Origin: Squalus acanthias
Lineage: Eukaryota
Direction of reading: 5' to 3'
DNA length: 64,000 nt
NCBI GenBank assembly: GCA_030390025.1
Contig: CM059441.1
Coordinates: 24,800,001 to 24,864,000, forward strand
Part shown: positions 11,608 to 23,416 of the stretch, piece after piece
Layout of the letters: the number at the start of each line of letters is the position of its first letter
Numbering within the stretch: the first letter of the stretch is position 1
Made by a program: the position numbers and the translations under genes
Notes under the pieces: model-generated
What the model saw: the letters and a program-made list of their open reading frames with translations, nothing else
Database searches by the model: none
What the model was told of the DNA's origin: nothing

Positions 11608-12952
11608 ACAGATGATGACAGCAAGGCAAACAGAGATACCACGCCGGAGCCATCCAGACTCCAAGACCGAGACAGCGGACTGGGACATGTGGACGGGAGC
11701 ACGCAGAACGACGCGGCTTCCGAGCAGGAGACCGAGGAGGACGGCTGGTGGGGGCTGGGCAGCCGCAGAGACATGCTCACAGGCGATGAGCTCCCTCTCA
11801 GAGATTCTATTACCTCAGACGAATGTAGCGACTGGGGCTTTTACAGCATCAGCCCCGGAGAGTATGAGAGGTTTCAGAAGGTTCTGGAAAGGAAGTGTCG
11901 ACAGTACACGAGCAGAAGCAAGTCTGAGTTGGGCGGAGAGGCACCAACAGAGGAGGAGACTAAGAGCGGCCGGAACAACAATCCCACAAATGAGCTTGAT
12001 AGATCACAGGAGGGCCGTGAAAATGGTGCAGGGGAACACACTGATTTGACAGAAAGACCTCCAGTTATGGACCAGCCCAAAAGCCTTCAAACTTGTTCTA
12101 CCAGCAACAGTTGCTACCACTGGGAGACATCATCATCGGCAAACAGATCAAGGAGCTTCCAACAAAACAATAGCGTTATTCCCCCTCAAAAATTGTCCCA
12201 ACAAAGATCAGCCGTCTTTACCTGCTCGAAATTCTGGCGCACCCAACAGAGAAGCCACCTGTGCCCTTATGGGGGAGAACATTGAGGGGAAGAAAGAGGA
12301 GGAAAAGAAAACTGGACAGGAATCGCCATCAGCCAGAAGATATAACCATGAGTCTGACTCACAGACGTCAAGTCGGGGATCCATCCACATACCACAACAT
12401 GCACGGCACTATCAGAGCTACATGCAGCTGGTGCAACAGAAAGCTGCAGTCCAGTGCAGCGAGAGCCTCTCAGATGCCGGCGAAGGCGATGGAGAAATGC
12501 CTCGCTCAATGTCAAGGTTGGAAGACGACCGAACCTGCTTCACCGCCGAGAAACAGCGGAGAGACCGGCTCCTCAAAGACCGCGCGGTGAAGATCAGAGA
12601 GGAGCGCAACGGCACGACCACCGATGACGACAGCTTGAGTGAGATAAAGGTGGGAAGGTATTGGAGCAAAGTGGAGAGGCGCCAGCACTGGATGCTGGCG
12701 AAAGAGAAGAGGCAGAGGAGAGCGGCGATGATGCAAAGCAGGCTGGAGATGGTGAAGGAAAGCGCGCAGGCGGTGGACAGCGGGAGAGCGGAAACCAACA
12801 TTATTGAACTGAGCCAGAGGAAAGTGAGCAGAAAAAGAAACAAGAAGGTTTTTGACAACTGGGTGACCATTCAGGAACTGTTGGCACATGGCTCACGATC
12901 TGCTGATGGCACAGTGGTTTACAGTCCCTTGCTCTCTGTCACTACTGTATAG
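11608..12952 (+). CDS. PDZRN-family gene, last coding exon (frameshift between ~12050 and 12283)
   Basis: Acceptor ttttag|ACA; DRDSGLG..DGSTQND..SEQE motif in frame 1; IPQHARHYQSYMQLVQQK, RDRLLKDRA, TTDDD..SEIKVGRYWSK, FDNWVTIQELLAHG and the terminal LLSVTTV* in frame 2, diagnostic of PDZRN3/4/PDZD4. Confidence 0.9.
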
Positions 12953-13104
12953 AAGCAACACTGCTGTCGTTTAAGAGAACAGATGGAAGGGATACTTCAA
13001 TTAGAACTTCACACGCTGAACTTTGTCAAAAGCTTTCTGAAAGTCTAAGTAAAATATATCAGAGTGAGCTCCGCTATCTGCAACACCAACAATGATACAA
13101 GGGA

Positions 13105-13513
13105 AATAACAACAGAAAGCGCTGGAAAAACTCAGCAGGCCAGGCAACATCCGTGGAGAGAGAAACAGAGTTAACGTTTCAGGTCGAAGACCCTTCGTCA
13201 GAACTGAAAAAAAAGCAGGAAATGAAACAGATGAAAAAGCAAGTTTGGAGGCTGGGGGAAGGAATAAAAGAACAAAAGGGGAGGTCTGTGAGGAGTAGAG
13301 ACATTAAGAGATACTCAAGACGAGACGAGATGGTAATAGGACAGGTTAAGAAACAAAAGATGGCTCGAGAAGTGTGAAATGCACTGGCAGAATGAAAGAC
13401 AGCTGCCATGTGGGAGAGAGAAAAAAAAGGGAAAAGGCACAAACCAAAAGTGTGGATAAAAAATATATATATATGTATGGTAGGGGCCGAGGTTATGATC
13501 TGAAAGTATGATC
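13105..13513 (-). mobile_element. Penelope-like pLTR insertion in the PDZRN 3'UTR region
   Basis: 12-bp TSD tgatacaaggga (13093-13104 and 13514-13525); intact hammerhead core near 13168-13206. Confidence 0.82.
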
Positions 13514-15319
13514 TGATACAAGGGACTTTCTTTATTAGTTCTTCCACACCTGGCACTAAATCCGTCTTTAATTCCTCATTGAGTCCTTGCAATGGACGAA
13601 AGTCTATTCCCAGGTTGCAGTTTGCTTACAGTTACAGTTAGGTCATTAATGAGGTAAACTCTGCCCGTTAGTTACTGGTAAAAAAAAATATCGGCGTGTT
13701 AACGACTCACATCGTTATTAATGCGCAAATCAGCCAGCACGTTTAGGGGATTAAGAGATAAGCTGTGAGTTGTGAATTTCCAGAACTTGCTGGTTGGTTT
13801 ATTTCGCACAAACTTTCAAATCCGTTTGACTGTAATGCTGATGTGAGTTCCGCAGTTTTGCTCGGTGTGATTTTTTAAATGTTGTTCGTCCTTTGGTGCT
13901 GTCTTTCAACTCAATTAAAACTTCACACGTTGAACTTTGTCAAAAGCTTTCTGAAAGTCTAAGTAAAGTATATCACAGTGAGCGCCGCCATCTGCAAAAC
14001 CAACAATGATACAAGAAGGTTTGACAGACAACGTAAACCCATGTTAGCTGTTTCTTTTTACCTGACAGTGATACAGGGACTGGTCCAGCCTTCCCCTATG
14101 AATAGCTGAAGAGCAGCGCTTCAAATTTAATATTCTCATCCTCGTGTTCAAATCTTTCCATGTCCTCGCCCCTCCCTACCTCTGTAATCTCCTCCAGCCC
14201 TACAACCTTCCGAGAGTTCAGCGCTCCACCAATTCTGGCCTCTTGCGCATCCCTGATTTCCTTTTCTCTGCCATTGCCTTCAGTTCCCAAGACCCTAAGC
14301 TCTGGAATTCCCTCTTTAAACCTCCACCTCTCTACCTCTCTCTCTCCTCCTTTAAGATGCTCCTTAAAACCTACCTTTTTGACCAAGCTTTTGGTCACCT
14401 GTCCCTATGTGGCTCGGTGTCGAATTTTGTTTGATAATCGCCCTTGTGAAGCGCCTTGGGACATTTTACTACGTTAAAGGCGCTATATAAACGCAAGTTG
14501 TTGCTGTAGTTTCCACTATTTTACCTGTCGTTGACGTTCCGTTAATGCCTCTGTGGTTGATCTGGGTCAGATTTGTCCCTCTTCTAAGGCCTAAGTTTGC
14601 TCTCTTGTGTTCTACAGAACCTCATCAGTCACAAGTGATGGTGCCTCATTGAAAGCAGGCAAAGCCCCGCAAATTTCATCCTGAGGATTATATGTAATTA
14701 TTAACGGTTCAACGAAGGCGTTAGGCTTAAGTCCTCTTAACTTAATAAGTGTCGCTACCAGACTGACTTCAAAATCCTCCACCATTGTACAAAAATTAGA
14801 TAGCAAGCTAGTGTTATCGTCCTTGGCAGGTACAGTACAATACAGAAGATATTCACTTAATTGTTTGTAGAGAATACGTATTCTGTTGCTCTCTAACGTT
14901 TCACTTACTGATAAAATATTTTATTTTTCTATCTGTGGGCTGTAGGTGTGATTTCTGTATGAGACTAAAATGAAAGGAATTCGGGACAAAATTAATAAAA
15001 TACAGGAAATATTGCTGTTTCCTTAATTGCATCCCAAGGAAATGACATTGCTGGTTCTACCTTTATTTCTTCCAATTTTTAGAATATAAACTTTTTCTGA
15101 TTAGTGTTGGTACTCGTTAAGTGAAGGATATCAGTTCTGGAGAACACGACATTGTCCCACTTTGGGCAACCACGATTAGTTCCAGGCTCTCCCAGGTTAG
15201 GAAGAGCACGGGTTTTATGCAGAGTGAAACGCTGTCCACTCTGCCCCTAACTATGTGTCCCAAACTCCATCCCTCTTCTGTGCTGGCCAGAATGTATCCC
15301 TTAATTAACTCCAGCGAAG

Positions 15320-15590
15320 CAATGAGGGAGTGCTGCACTGTCGGAGGTGCCGTCTTTCAGATGAGACGTTAAACCGAGGCCCCGTCTGCTCTCTCAGGTG
15401 GATGTAAAAGATCCCATGGCACTATTTCGAAGAAGAGCAAGGGGAGTTATCCCCGGTGTCCTGGTCAATATTTATCCCTCAACCAACATTACTAAAAATA
15501 AAGCAGATGATTTGGTCATTATCACATTGCTGTTTGTGGGAGCTTGCTGTGCGCAAATTGGCTGCTGCATTTCCCACATTACAACAGTGA
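15320..15590 (+). mobile_element. Deu-SINE partial copy abutting the Penelope element
   Basis: Deu core present. Confidence 0.78.
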
Positions 15591-15597
15591 CTCAAAA

Positions 15598-18500
15598 GGC
15601 AGCTGTTGATGATTCTGCCATTGCCATTTACACCTCATCTAGAGTCATCTTTTGTTTCTTAACTTGTCCCATTACCATCCCCTTTTGCCCTGTACCATTG
15701 TCCCTTTTGTCTTTTAATCTCTCTTGCCTTCCAGCCTATCACAGACCTTCCCTTTTGTTCTTTCCTCCCCTCATCCCTGTCCCTACCCCTACACTTGCTT
15801 AAAAATCTGTTACATCTCTAACTTTTTCCAGTTCTGACAAAGGGTCATCGACCTAAAACGTTAACTCTGTTTCTCTCTCTACAGATGCTGCCTGACCTGC
15901 TGAGTGTTTCCAGCATTTTCTGTTTTTATTTCAGATTTCCAGCATCTGCAGTATTTTGCTTTTGTATTAGTGTTTAATTCACTGTCACTTCTCTTCTAGG
16001 AATGCCCACCTTGAAGAAGTTCTGCTCTTCTCTCCGACGGAATTTCCGTTTGTCTCTTTTAGTTTGTTCATCGTCATTGCTTTCTGTTTCCCTTCTCGTG
16101 TTTGATCAGGTATCTACCAAAACTCGCTTCCACAGCCACAACTCTTTCCTCAGCAACTGTCTCTGACTCCGACTTATTCCACATGGATTCCAACTGAAAT
16201 TCCACCCTTCATGTTTTGGATCCACCCAGGATTACAGATATCTCAGAGATATTCAGCGTTCCTGAAACCACTGCTCTTGCCGTATCCTGAGATCCACGCT
16301 CAACGCCATGCGCTGCCACATGCACACTCTCGACCTCTCTCTTCAGCAGCACCGACTCACTCTATCTCAAAGCTGTCCTGGTCCGCAGTTCCATTTCACC
16401 CTTCGCCTCATCCGCCGCTTTAACAAAAACTTTTTTTCTTCCTTTCAGGTATCAAGAATCGTAAGCTTCAACAACTCTTGGACACCAACGCCCCTCCTTC
16501 TTCCCCTTCACTTTCCTCTGACCCCATCCCTTCTTCCAATCTCACCCCGTCGTGTTTTCACTATCCCCTCTGACCTTCCCCTCTCTGACCCCGAACGATC
16601 AGTCCTCAGCAAAGGCCTGAGCTTCATCCTCTTACGCCCCCACCTCAATGAATTTCGAGCTCGGCACGATGCTGAGCTCTTCTTCCATCGCCATCGTCTC
16701 CGTGCCCACTTCTTTGGCCAGGAGTTTTCCCCCCGCACAGCTGACCCTTTCTCCCGTTTTCAGAATTCTCGCTACCTGGACCCCTCCCTCTGGCCTCTTA
16801 ACCTCTCTAGATCTTTTCATTGCAAACTGCCGGCGTGACATCGGCCATCTCAATTTCTCTGCTCCCCTCACTCACTCCAACCTACCTCCCTCTGAACTTG
16901 CAGCACTCCATTTTCTCAGATCCAACCCCAACATTGTCATTAAACCTGCTGACAAGGGTGGCGCTGTTGTTGTTTGGTGAACTGACCTCTACCTAGCGGA
17001 GGCTGAACGCCAACTCTCTGACACCTCCTCCTACCTCCCCCTGGACCATGACCCCACTACCGAACATCAAGCCACCGTTTCCAAGACCATCACTGACCTC
17101 ATCTCCTCTGGTGATCGTCCCTCCACGGCCACCAATCTCATAGTTCCCCAACCCCGCACAGCCCACTTCTACCTCCTTCCCAAGATCCACAAACAGGACT
17201 GCCCTGGTAGATCCATTGTTTCAGCCTGTTCTTGCCCCATGGATCTCATCTCTTCCTATCGCGACTCTATTTTTTCTCCCCTTGTCCAGTCTCTTCCCAC
17301 CTATATCCGCGACTCTTCCGACGCCCTCCGCCACTTTAACAGTTTCCAGTTTCCTGGCCCCAACCATCTCCTTTTCACTATGGACACCCAATCCCTCTAC
17401 ACCTCCATCCCCCACTAGGATGGCCTGAAGGCGCTCCGCTTCTTCCTTGAACAGAGGCCCAACCAGTCCCCTTCCACCACCACCCTCCTCTGCCTGGCTG
17501 AACTTGTTCTCACATTGAACAACTTCTCCTTTGACTCCACTCACTTTCTGCAAATTAAAGGTGTTGCTATGGGAACCCGCATGGGTCCTAGCTATGCCTG
17601 CCTTTTTGTGAGATATGTGGAACATTCTTTGTTCCAGTCCTACTCGGGTCCCCTCCCTGACCTCTTTTTCTGATACATTGATGACTGTATCAGTGCCGTT
17701 TCCTGCTCTTGCCCTGAACTCGAAAATTTCATTCACTTTGCTTCCAATTTTCACCCCTCCCTTACCTTCACATGGTCCATCTCCGACTCTTCCCTTCCAT
17801 TCCTCGACTTCTCTTGTCTCCATTTCTGGGGATAGGCTATTGACAAACATTCACCAGAAGCCCACTGACTCCCACAGCTACCTGGACTACACTTCCTCTC
17901 ACCCCGCTTCCTGTAAGGACTCTATTCCATTCTCCCAGTTTCTCCGTCTCCGCCGCATCTGCTCTGACGATGCCACCTTCCATACTAGTGCTTCTGATAT
18001 GTCTTCCTTTTTCCTCAACCAAGGATTCCCCTCTACTGTGGTTGACACGGCCCTTGACCGTGTCCATTCTATTTCCCGCACTTCTGCTCTCACCCCTTCC
18101 CCTCCCTCCCAGAACCACAATAGGGTTCCCCTTGTCCTCACATTTCACCCCACCGGCCTCCACATTCAATGGATCATCCTCCGCCATTTCCGCCACCTCC
18201 AGCGTGATCCCACCACCAAACATATCTTCCCCTCCCCTTTCAGCATTCCGAAGGAAACGTTCCCTCCGAGACACCCTGGTCCACTCCTCTATCACCCCCA
18301 ACACTCCTTCCCACAGCACCTTCCCGTGCAAACACACAAGATGCAACACCTGCCCTTTTACCTCCTCCCTTCCCACTGTCCAAGGCCCCAAACACTCTTT
18401 CCAGGTGAAACAGCGATTTACTTGTACTTCTTGCAATTTAGTATACTGTATTCGCTGCTCACGATGCAGGTCTCCTCTACATTGGGGAGACTAAACGCAG

Positions 18501-19130
18501 ATTGGGTGACCGCTTTGCAGAACACCTCCATTCAGTCCGTAAGGGGGACCCCGAGCTTCCAGTCACCTGTCACTTTAATTCTCCGCTCCACTCCCACTCA
18601 GACCTCTCTGTCCTCGGCCTCTTACACTGTTCCAACGAAGCTCAACGTAAACTCGAGGGACAGCACCTCATCTTTCGATTAGGCACTTTACAGCCTTCTG
18701 GACTCAACATCAAGTTCAACAATTTCAGACCATAACCTCTGCCGCTATCATTTTTTTCTTTTTACTTTTCTTTTTTTCTCTCACATGGCAGCTGTTGATG
18801 ATTCTACCATTGCCATTTACACTTCATCTAGAGTCATCTTTTGTTTCTTTACTTGTCCCATTACCATCTCCTTTTGTCTTTTAATCTCTCCTGCCTTCCA
18901 TCCTATCAGACACCTTCCCTTTTGCTCTTTCCTCCCCTCCCCCTTTTCCCTGCCCCTACACTTGCTTAAAAACCTGTTACATCTCCAACTTTTTCCAGTT
19001 CTGACGAAGGGTCATCAACCTGAAACGTTAACTCTGTTTTCCTCTCCACAGATGCTGCCTGACCTGCTGAGTGTTTCCAGCATTTTCTGTTTTTATTTCA
19101 GATTTCCAGCATCTACAGTATTTTGCTTTT
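15598..19130 (+). mobile_element. Full-length Penelope-like element with direct pLTRs; decayed RT and GIY-YIG ORF
   Basis: Repeats 15598-15965 and 18787-19130; PLE RT motifs (IKPADKGGAVV, LPKIHK, GVAMGTRMGP, YIDD, KPTDSHSYL), GIY-YIG-like NLVYCIRCSRC/GDRFAEH; several stops and frameshifts; flanking duplication tgactcaaaagg. Confidence 0.92.
18997..19034 (+). ncRNA. Minimal type I hammerhead ribozyme motif in the Penelope pLTR
   Basis: AGTT-CTGACGA-stem II-GAAACGTT-AACT; conserved core with palindromic AACGTT in place of helix III. Confidence 0.7.
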
Positions 19131-19450
19131 GACTCAAAAGGAGACTGTTTTCTAAGTGTTTTCAGGCCTTGGATATTTGCAAAAGCAAAATAATTTCCCA
19201 GCTATTTCCATTTCCAAGGCTCCACAAGGTCGCAGGAGGGAATGACATCTCAAACGTGACTTCTGATTTTTCCCGCATAATGCCTTCCACCTCCCTCCCA
19301 ACAACTCCTCCGTGTCAAAACTACAGGGAGGTGGGTTGAGGGCAAAGCTTGCACCTCATCACTCCACAGTGCCCCAAAGCTCCGCTGCTGCAAGTGTCGT
19401 TAAACTGATGTCAATTTAAAAATCTAATTTTTTTTAATTAAACATTCACT

Positions 19451-19792
19451 TCATTTCGTACTTGACATACATAAAAATATTGTTCCTAAAACTATACCCA
19501 ACCCTCCTCCTATTGCCAAGCCGGTGACGATCACTCGAACGGCCATGTTAGTACTTTTAAAGAGAGCCTTTATTTTTTCCCAGAATGATTTAGCCTTCTT
19601 CTTCTTCACTGGATTTCCTTCGAGGATATCTATCTCCTCCTTCTGCTCCGGTGACAGGACTTTGTAATAGTTCAGTTGCACCAAGTCCTCGGGAATCACT
19701 CTGACCGCAATAAGTACTCGCTTGACAACTTGCATTGTTTTTGAGTTTTGTACTTGGCACATGTACGTCCCAGCATTCTTCTCTTCAATATC
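19451..19792 (-). CDS. TMEM81: TMEM81 coding exon 2 (end of Ig domain, transmembrane helix, stop)
   Basis: Acceptor aataaag|GAT; DIEEKNAGTYMCQVQ...VKR...VRVIPEDLVQLNY resembles TMEM81 DSGTYRCDVQ..VKRLYFGLRVLPPNLVNLNF; GLAIGGGLGIVLG transmembrane segment. Confidence 0.88.
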   Translation of the reverse strand, partial: DIEEKNAGTYMCQVQNSKTMQVVKRVLIAVRVIPEDLVQLNYYKVLSPEQKEEIDILEGNPVKKKKAKSFWEKIKALFKSTNMAVRVIVTGLAIGGGLGIVLGTIFLCMSSTK

Positions 19793-19802
19793 CTTTATTG
19801 GC

Positions 19803-20280
19803 AGAAAGAAAGACAGAAAGACTTGCATTTATATAGGGCCTTTCATGACCACCGGATGTCTCAAAGCGCTTTACAGCCAATGAAGTACTTTTGGAGTGTA
19901 ATCACTGTTGTAATGTGGGAAACACAGCAGCCAATTTGCACACAGCAAGCTCCCACAAACAGCAATGTGATAATGACCAGATCATCTGTTTTTTGTTATG
20001 TTGATTGAGGGATAAATATTGGCCAGGACGCCAGGGATAACTCCCCTACTCTTCTTCGAAATAGTGGCATGGGATCTTTTACGTCCACTTGAGAGCGCAG
20101 ACAGGGCCTCAGTTTAACGATTCATCCGAAAGACGGCACCTCCGACAGTGCAGCGTTCCTTCAGCACTGCACTGGAGTGTCAGCCTAGATTTTTGTGCTC
20201 AAGTCTCTGGAGTGGGACTTTGAACCCACAACCTTCTGACTCAGAGGCGAAGGTGCTACCAACTGAGCCACGGCTGACAC
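19803..20280 (-). mobile_element. tRNA-derived Deu-SINE (SacSINE1-like), full length
   Basis: tRNA-like head, Deu core GGAGGTGCCGTCTTTCGGATGA..GTTAAAC, L2-type tail. Confidence 0.85.
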
Positions 20281-20499
20281 TGGGGAAAAGGAGGGAAAGG
20301 GGGGAAGAGAATGGGCGGCCATGTGGTCAATATTAGACATAATAAAGAACAATCCAATTACAGAGACATCATTTAGAACCATTACTGTATGGCAGCTAAG
20401 AAAAACAGGAGGGTCATCTGCTGAATAAGAGAGAAAGAAAAAGTGTCACATAGGACAGCCATTTTCTACCAAATATAAAAATGCACAGAAAGCAGCATA

Positions 20500-20868
20500 C
20501 AGTAGCATAGTGATTATGTTACTGGACTAGCAATCATGAGGCCTGGACTAATGATCTGGGGGGCATGAGTTCAAATCCCACCACAGCAGCTGAGAAATTT
20601 AAATTCAGTTAATTAATATAAATCTGAAATAAAATGCTAGTAAAAACCCATCTGGTTCACTAATGTCCTTTAGGGAAGGAAATCTGCTGTCCTTACCTGA
20701 TCTGGCCTATATGTGACTCCAGACCCACAGCAATGTGGTTGACTCTTAACTAACTGCCCTCTGAAATGGCCTAGCAAGACACTCAGTTGTATCAAAAGGA
20801 CAATTAGGGATGGGCAATAAATGCCGACATTGCCAGTGACACCCATGTCCCCTGAATGAATAAAAAAA
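20500..20868 (+). mobile_element. Another tRNA-derived SINE family (3' tail shared with 55130-55185)
   Basis: B-box gagttcaaatccc; tail gggcaataaatgcc...gaatgaat repeated elsewhere in the window. Confidence 0.55.
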
Positions 20869-20949
20869 AAGGATGGCGGGGGTGGAGGAATCATGGCTGG
20901 AGCTCTGAGATTTGCTTTGCTGGTCATGAAAATGTATCCAAAGGACGTA

Positions 20950-21234
20950 CAGGAAACTCTCGTTTCAACGGCACCTAATTATCCGGAATTCTCTAATAAC
21001 CGGCAAAATTCAGGAGTAGGTTTTGAGGCTTCCATATACTGTACATTTGTGGTTGTGTAACCGGGTCCCCTGTACCTGTGGCCGTGTAACCGTGGCTCCT
21101 GCACTTCTGGCTGTGTTACGGGGCTCTCGTAGCTTGGGCCATTGTCACTCCATGTCCCTTCTTCGTTATCCGGAATTTTTAATCAACCGGCACCATCCCG
21201 GTCCCGTAGGTGCCGGATACGAAAGAGTTTCCTG
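20950..21234. mobile_element. Tc1/mariner (pogo/Tigger-like) MITE
   Basis: TA TSD; TIRs caggaaactct / agagtttcctg; subterminal inverted ttatccggaatt motifs. Confidence 0.8.
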
Positions 21235-21949
21235 TACTACATTAGTTACACCACATCATGGCCACAGAAGTTGCGGGGGGGCGGGGGGGGTGTCGACGGG
21301 GGCAAATTAAAAAAAACAAATAGATTTTTGGACTCTGGGTTACATTTGAGAAACGTCTAGGCTGCCACTCAGTAAAATGCACTGTCTAGACCAAAACCAG
21401 TCACTTAAATCTCGTAATGGTTTTAAATGGCACTTAAGAATTGGTGACCTTAGCTCCTCCATTGAGAGATGATCTGTTCTCATTATTGCAAACTCCCAGG
21501 GCCATAAGATTACTTCATCTCACCAGTGGTTCATTTTATTGAGGTTCCTGTTCCTCCAACACAAGTTTCAGCCAGTCTTTCATAATGGGTCTGCAATGTG
21601 TTTTACCACAACCTGGTTTGACTGTACGACGGAAAATTTGGGAGATTATTTGTGAATAAATACAGCAACCTCCTTCTTTTCCCCTCAGCATCCTCTTTAC
21701 CCTGCTTAGGCACCGCCAAGCCCTGGGAGTTGCTGACTCGGTCTCCTGCACAACAGCCATCTTCCATAAAACCACATCAACAATTGACCCAGTCATAACA
21801 TAGATAAAACGGAGTGACTGCTGCCAACGACTGGAAGCTGCGCAGAAGTGTTCTGCACATAAGCCTGTGGTTTAAGTAAGAATGTATAAAAATATAGTCA
21901 TGTCGCATGCCTAAATCTATGGAGCTATGGGTTGGTTTAAAAATTCCAA

Positions 21950-22472
21950 AAGGCATTCGATAAGGTGCCACATAAAAGGTTACTGCACAAGATAAGAGCT
22001 CACGGGGTTGGGGGTAATATATTAGCATGGATAGAGGATTGGCTAACTAACAGAAAACAGAGAGTCGGGATAAATGGGTCATTTTCAGGTTGGCAAACTG
22101 TAACTAGTGGGGTGCCACAGGAATCGGTGCTGGGGCTTCAACTATTTACAATCTGGAACTAGGGGGCATAGTTTCAGAATAAGGGGTCGTCCATTTAAGA
22201 CGGAGATGGGGAGGAATTTCTTCTCTCAGAGGATTCGTGAATCTTTGGAATTCTCTACCCCAGAGAGCTGTGGAGGCGGAGTCATTGAATATATTCAAGG
22301 CGGAGATAGACAGGTATTTGAGCTACAGGGGAGTCAAGGGTTATGGGGAGCGGGCGGGAAAGTGCCGTTGAGGCCAAGATCAGATCGGCCATGACCTTAT
22401 TGAATGGCGGAGCAGGCTCGAGGGGCCGAATAGCCTACTCCTACTCCTACGTCTTATGTTCTTATGTTCCTA
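21950..22472 (+). mobile_element. CR1 fragment with an internal deletion
   Basis: AFDKVPH...GVPQ joined at ~22152 to TRGHS and the 3' tail. Confidence 0.85.
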
Positions 22473-22761
22473 TAATGTATAATAATAGCACGGGTTGGTT
22501 TAAGTATTAATTTATGATATTTTCGCAGGGGGAGGGTTGTGGAGATTTATTTGTACGGTGCGCAAGTTCCGTGTGAAGGGAAAGGAGAAGAAAATTAATA
22601 AAAATGGACGTTTGCTGAGTTTTGCTGGCGCAGGTTCTCTTTTCCTGACGTGGCTCTGTTCGGCTGTAGCGATCTATTTCCACCACCCCCTCCCTCCCCG
22701 CCTTTCTCTCTGCAAGTGTTTTCTTTCTAATGGCGACAATATTTTCTCCTCGTACATGAAA

Positions 22762-23416
22762 CACAAAGTTAGCATGCGGGTACAGCAAGTAATTAGGGAG
22801 GCAAATGGAATGTTGGCCCTTATTGCAAAGGGGGATGGAGTATAAAAGTAGGGAAATCTTGCTACAACTGTACAGGGCTTTGGTGAGACCACACCTGGAG
22901 TACTGCGTGCAGTTTTGGTCTCCTTATTTAAAGAGGGATATACTTGCATTGGAGGCAGTTCAGAGAAGGTTCACTAGGTTAATTTCTGAGATGAAGGGGC
23001 TGTCTTATGAGGAAAGGTTGAGCAGGTTGGGCCTATACTCATTGGAGTTTAGAAGAATGAGAGGTGATCTTATTGAAACATATAAGATTCTGAGGGGGCT
23101 TGACAGGGTAGATGCAGGGAGGATGTTTCCCCTCATGGGGGAATCTAGAACTAGGGGGCATAGTTTCAGAATAAGGGGTCGTCCATTTAAAACAGAGGTG
23201 AGGAGGAATTTCTTCTCTCAGAGGGTCGTGAATCTTTGGAATTCTCTTCCCCAGAGAGCTGTGGAGGCTGGGTCATTGAATATATTCAAGGCCGGGATAG
23301 ACAGATATTTGAGCTACAGGAGAGTCAAGGGTTATGGGGAGTGGGCGGAAAAGTGGCGTTGAGACCAAGATCAGATCAGCCAAATGGCCTATTCCTGCTC
23401 CTATTTCTTATGTTCT
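22762..23416 (+). mobile_element. CR1 LINE 3' fragment
   Basis: 185-aa ORF with LVRPHLEYCVQFWSP...VVNLWNSLP. Confidence 0.9.
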
